In this document: in pieces, positions 60,801 to 64,000 of the stretch | How the letters are laid out: every line of letters starts with the position of its first letter | How positions within the stretch are numbered: the first letter of the stretch is position 1 | From: Fonticula alba ATCC 38817 | Taxonomy: Eukaryota > Protista > Nucleariida | DNA length: 64,000 nucleotides | Reading direction: 5' to 3' (one strand) | NCBI GenBank assembly: GCA_000388065.2 | Contig: KB932201.1 | Made by a program: the position numbers and the translations under genes | The notes under the pieces: model-generated | Seen by the model: the letters and a program-made list of their open reading frames with translations, nothing else | The model's database searches: none | Told to the model about the DNA's origin: nothing

Positions 60801-63381
60801 TAGTCTCTCTCTCTGTCACACACACACACACACATACACACACGCACTCTTTCTCTGTTTCTCTTTCTCTCTCTTCCTCTCTCTTTCTCTCTCTTTCTCT
60901 CTCTTCTCCCTCTTCTCTGCTCTCGCTGCCTCGCCGGCCAGACTTCCCTTCTCTAGACGATTCATCATCTTCTTCTTGCAAACACTCACCCTTGCCGTTG
61001 CCTTTGACCTTGCCCCACCCACCTTCGATGTGTAGAACTTTCTATGCAAAGGCAAAGGGAACGCCAGGAAATGCAGCGTCTCGGTGCTCGCATGCATTTC
61101 CCTTCGGCCGCCGGGACCGGCACCACCGATCCCACGGCCGGCACCTCCTCCTGGGACCCTTTGAAGACCTTCCTGCCGGCGGCCACGGCGCTGAGCGATC
61201 CAGCGGTGGAGGCTCTCCTCCAGGCGGAATTCCAAGCTTTGCGCCCGGACGCGGAGTCGGCTCTGCTTGATCGAGAGGCGGCCGAGAAGTTGGTGCTGAC
61301 GGCGGTACGTCGCGCGCGTCAGGCCGCCGCATTGGCCCTACAACAGAAGCAGGAGCAGCTGCAATTGGAGCAACAGCAGCAGCAGCAGCAGCACCAACAG
61401 CAGCAGGCCGAACAGGCCCGGCAGGCCGCCGATGTGACGGCCCAGCAGAAGAAGAAGCTCGTGGCCGGGGCCGGGTCCGAGGAGTCCACCTCGGCATATG
61501 CGGATCCCGCGGCGGCGGCGGCGGCGGCGGCGGCGGCCGCAGCGGCAGCGGCCCTGCCCGGGTCTGCAGATCAGTCTCCCCTTGAGGGGGGTATTTGCGA
61601 GGGAGGCCTTTCGCCTGGTGGCTCGAGGGGTTCTGGCAGCGCCGCGAGCACCGGACATCCCGAGGCCGGGTCCACTGCGCCCTCCTCTCCCGGGGCCGCG
61701 GGCGCCAGGGCGGGCGACTCGGCCGGCGTCATGGTGGGCACCGGCGGCGATGCGGCTCCCGAGGTGATCGAAGTGCCCGCTGTCCGGGCCCCCTGGTCCG
61801 ATGTGCCTGACATGGATGCTGCCAATGGGCCTGACCGGGTGCTGCGGGCGGTGCTTCTTCAGCCCGGGTCGGGTGCCTCGGCATCTTCGCCGAGCCCCGT
61901 GGCTCCGAGGGCACTGGTGGTGGCGGCTTCGCCGCAGCGCGCCGCCGCGGCCAAGGCCCGTCTGGCGGCCGGTGGCTGCCCCTCTCGACGGGTGTCCCTC
62001 ATGTTGGAGGTTTGCTTTGCCAATTTATCGGCGGCGAAGGCCGGCTCGGCAGCCCCGGGAGCTGCGGCCCTCCTCCGACTCCGGCGATCGTACCGAGCCT
62101 TTGTCGATCAGTTGCAGCAGCAGCTTTCTCTGCCCCTGGGCGAGCGGTCGGCGAGTGTGCGCAGTCCGGGCCTCCTGCGCGAGGCCTTCCTCTCGGAAAG
62201 CCCTCTCAGTGGCCCGGTGGCGGGGTCCCTGCTGGCCGGGGGGCCCCCCGGGGCCGGCCCTTCACAGCCTGTTTTCCAAGTGTGTGCCGGGGCTCTGGCT
62301 GGTCGGCCGTTTGGCGCGTCGCCAGCCGCGGCCCTTGGCTTCCCCCTGGCGATTGACGATGCCCCGGCGGCCGCCGTATCCTTGTGTCCAGGGGCGATGC
62401 TGCCGGGCCCGGTGGCATCGGCACCGAGGGCCTTTGCGCCGGGGCTGGTGCTGCTCCAGGAGCCGGAAAAGCGCCCCCGACTGCCGGACCCCACGGACTC
62501 GGGCAGCCCGTGCAAGCGCATCCGCCCAGCGTCGTCCAGCGGGCCCGAGCAGGCCGGGCAAGTTGCCGATCTGTGCGCCCCGTGCCGGGCCTCCGGGTTG
62601 CTGCTGCGTCACACGCCGGCTGGTGGCCCTGTCGGGGTCGAGCCCAGGGCGGCATCCTTCTGGCAGTCGGCGGCCTCGGTGCTGCGGGAGCCTTCCTCAT
62701 CGGCACATGTGCTTTTGAGCCAGCAGCTGCTGGTCGAGGGCCTGTCGCAATTCCAGCTGACGCGACGCCGGCTGGGGTTGGATTGCGCGGCGGTCGTGGG
62801 TGCCGGGGTCCCGGCGTCCGGGCCGGGCTCCCCCGGTCCGGTGGACACCCCGCAGGGGCGCCCGATTTCGGAGGCCATTTTCTTGCCAGAGCTCCATGGC
62901 GCCCCTTCGCTGCCGAGTTTGGAGCATATGCGGCCGGCTCGCACGTGCGTCCCCCCCCCCCCTCCTTCTACCGCACCAGGCCTGCTTTCCTATCTGCTGT
63001 CCCCCCTTTCCCCTCACACGCCCCGCCTGACATGTGTTGCCTTCTGTGCTCTTTGCTCCTGTCCCTCGCTCCTGGCCCAGTGCCCACCTCCCCTACCGGG
63101 CAGCCGACTTTTCGCTGTCTGGCTCGCGTCCGATGGTCGAGCGCACAGCCAGCATCATGCATGCGCAGCATGCCAAGCGTCTGTTGACCGACATCATCGA
63201 GCTGGAGGCTGTGCTGCCCTCGCTTGCCAGCGGCGATTCGGCGGCAAAGCGGGTCCCCTCGCTCTCGAAAATGCTGGTGCGCGGGCCCCCAGGCATTTAT
63301 TTGTCTCTTTCTCTCTCTCTTTCTCTCTCTCTCTCGCGCGCTCTCTCTCTCTCTCTCTTCCCCCTCCCCGCACGCCCCACC

Positions 63382-63419
<38 letters not shown>

Positions 63420-64000
63420 GGAACTCCGGCCGTCTCTCCTCTTCAAAGGGGCTGGCTCTTCTCCCGGTGTTTACTGACGATCCTCCCTCCGTGGGATTGG
63501 CTCCGCCAGGCATCGGTCGATGCCGCTCGGCTCTTGTGCGCCAACACGGCCGAGGGCATGATGCCCTCCCTGGATGCCGCTGCTTCTGCTGTGAGTCCGG
63601 CGCCCGAGCCGGACATCCTGGCCCAGCTTGGGCAGGTGGCCAGCGCGGCCCCGCAGACGGCCGTGCACCTGGACGCCGCCACGGCGCGGGCCCACATCAC
63701 ACGGGCCGTGTCTGCGGTTTTCTCCTCGGTGGGCTTCAGCCACCTGAGTGGCCGGGCGTTGGACGCCACCACCGAGGTACTGGAGGAGTACCTTGGCCGG
63801 GCGGCGCGCCTGGTGTCGGCATCCCTTGCCTCGGCTGGCGCCTTGCTGTTGGAGAATCCGGACCTGTCCCTGGCCCAGATGTCCATGGATTCGGAGTTCT
63901 TCCACCATGTGGCTCGGCAGCTGGGTTTGAGTCGGGGCTTCTCGCCGGCCAGCGTGGTATGTGTTTCCTGTTGGCATCCGCCATGTGGCTCTGATGGGCC
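57832..64000 (+). CDS. SPT7: Spt7-like SAGA subunit (bromodomain plus histone-fold), more than 1711 aa, 3' end outside the window; exons 57832-59328, 59417-60076, 60225-60314, 60462-60795, 61036-62944, 63081-63276, 63510-63956, then intron
   Basis: The pre-bromodomain motif KSRWDSPDRLNQAELYD resembles the Spt7 SKW..ERIGQEELYE segment. Bromodomain: FAKPVSRKEYPNYHELIRNPVDLSTI..FCDDVELIFTNCETFN. Histone-fold: ARAHITRAVSAVFSSVGFSHLSGRALDATTEVLEEYLGRAARL. All junctions are in phase. Exons 5 and 7 lie in a frame missing from the ORF track. Confidence 0.82.
58267..58320 (+). repeat. Coding (TCGGCA)n hexamer repeat encoding a Ser-Ala tract in the Spt7-like N-terminus
   Basis: Read directly; translates to SASASASASASASA. 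Confidence 0.9.

Noticed and set aside
1-64000. Transposable elements, rRNA, snRNA or telomeric repeats
   Set aside because: I saw no reverse transcriptase, transposase or integrase motifs, no terminal repeats, and no U1, U2, U6, 5S or TTAGGG signatures by eye.

Overview
GC-rich, intron-rich eukaryotic nuclear DNA from a draft assembly, with 11 N-gaps and many homopolymer and microsatellite tracts. Most entries in the ORF track are spurious GC-rich frames or unspliced fragments. I assembled spliced models by hand (GT-AG junctions, phase-checked, protein-family motifs recognised from memory, no database search). The 13 genes in order are: protoporphyrinogen oxidase (5' partial), a ~2510-aa fungal-type (Cyr1-like) RA-LRR-PP2C-class III adenylyl cyclase, a 112-aa orphan ORF, CHMP5/Vps60, a prominin-like pentaspan protein, two small single-pass secreted proteins, V-ATPase subunit D, an orphan 7TM protein, a tandem-PH protein, a penta-EF-hand protein, NRDE2, and an Spt7-like bromodomain/histone-fold protein (3' partial). 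The fungal-type Cyr1 and Spt7 architectures in a very GC-rich genome suggest an early-branching holomycotan such as a Fonticula-like amoeba; this is inference and was not verified. I found no tRNA, rRNA, CRISPR array or transposon. The most unusual window-wide signal is the 5' splice site: all 55 modelled donors have a pyrimidine at +4 (48 C, 7 T, 0 A). I found no clear novel multi-gene system. The best candidates for new biology are the splice-site signature, the orphan 7TM and split-PH head-to-head pair, the prominin-like protein with repeat stalks, and the expanded Cyr1.
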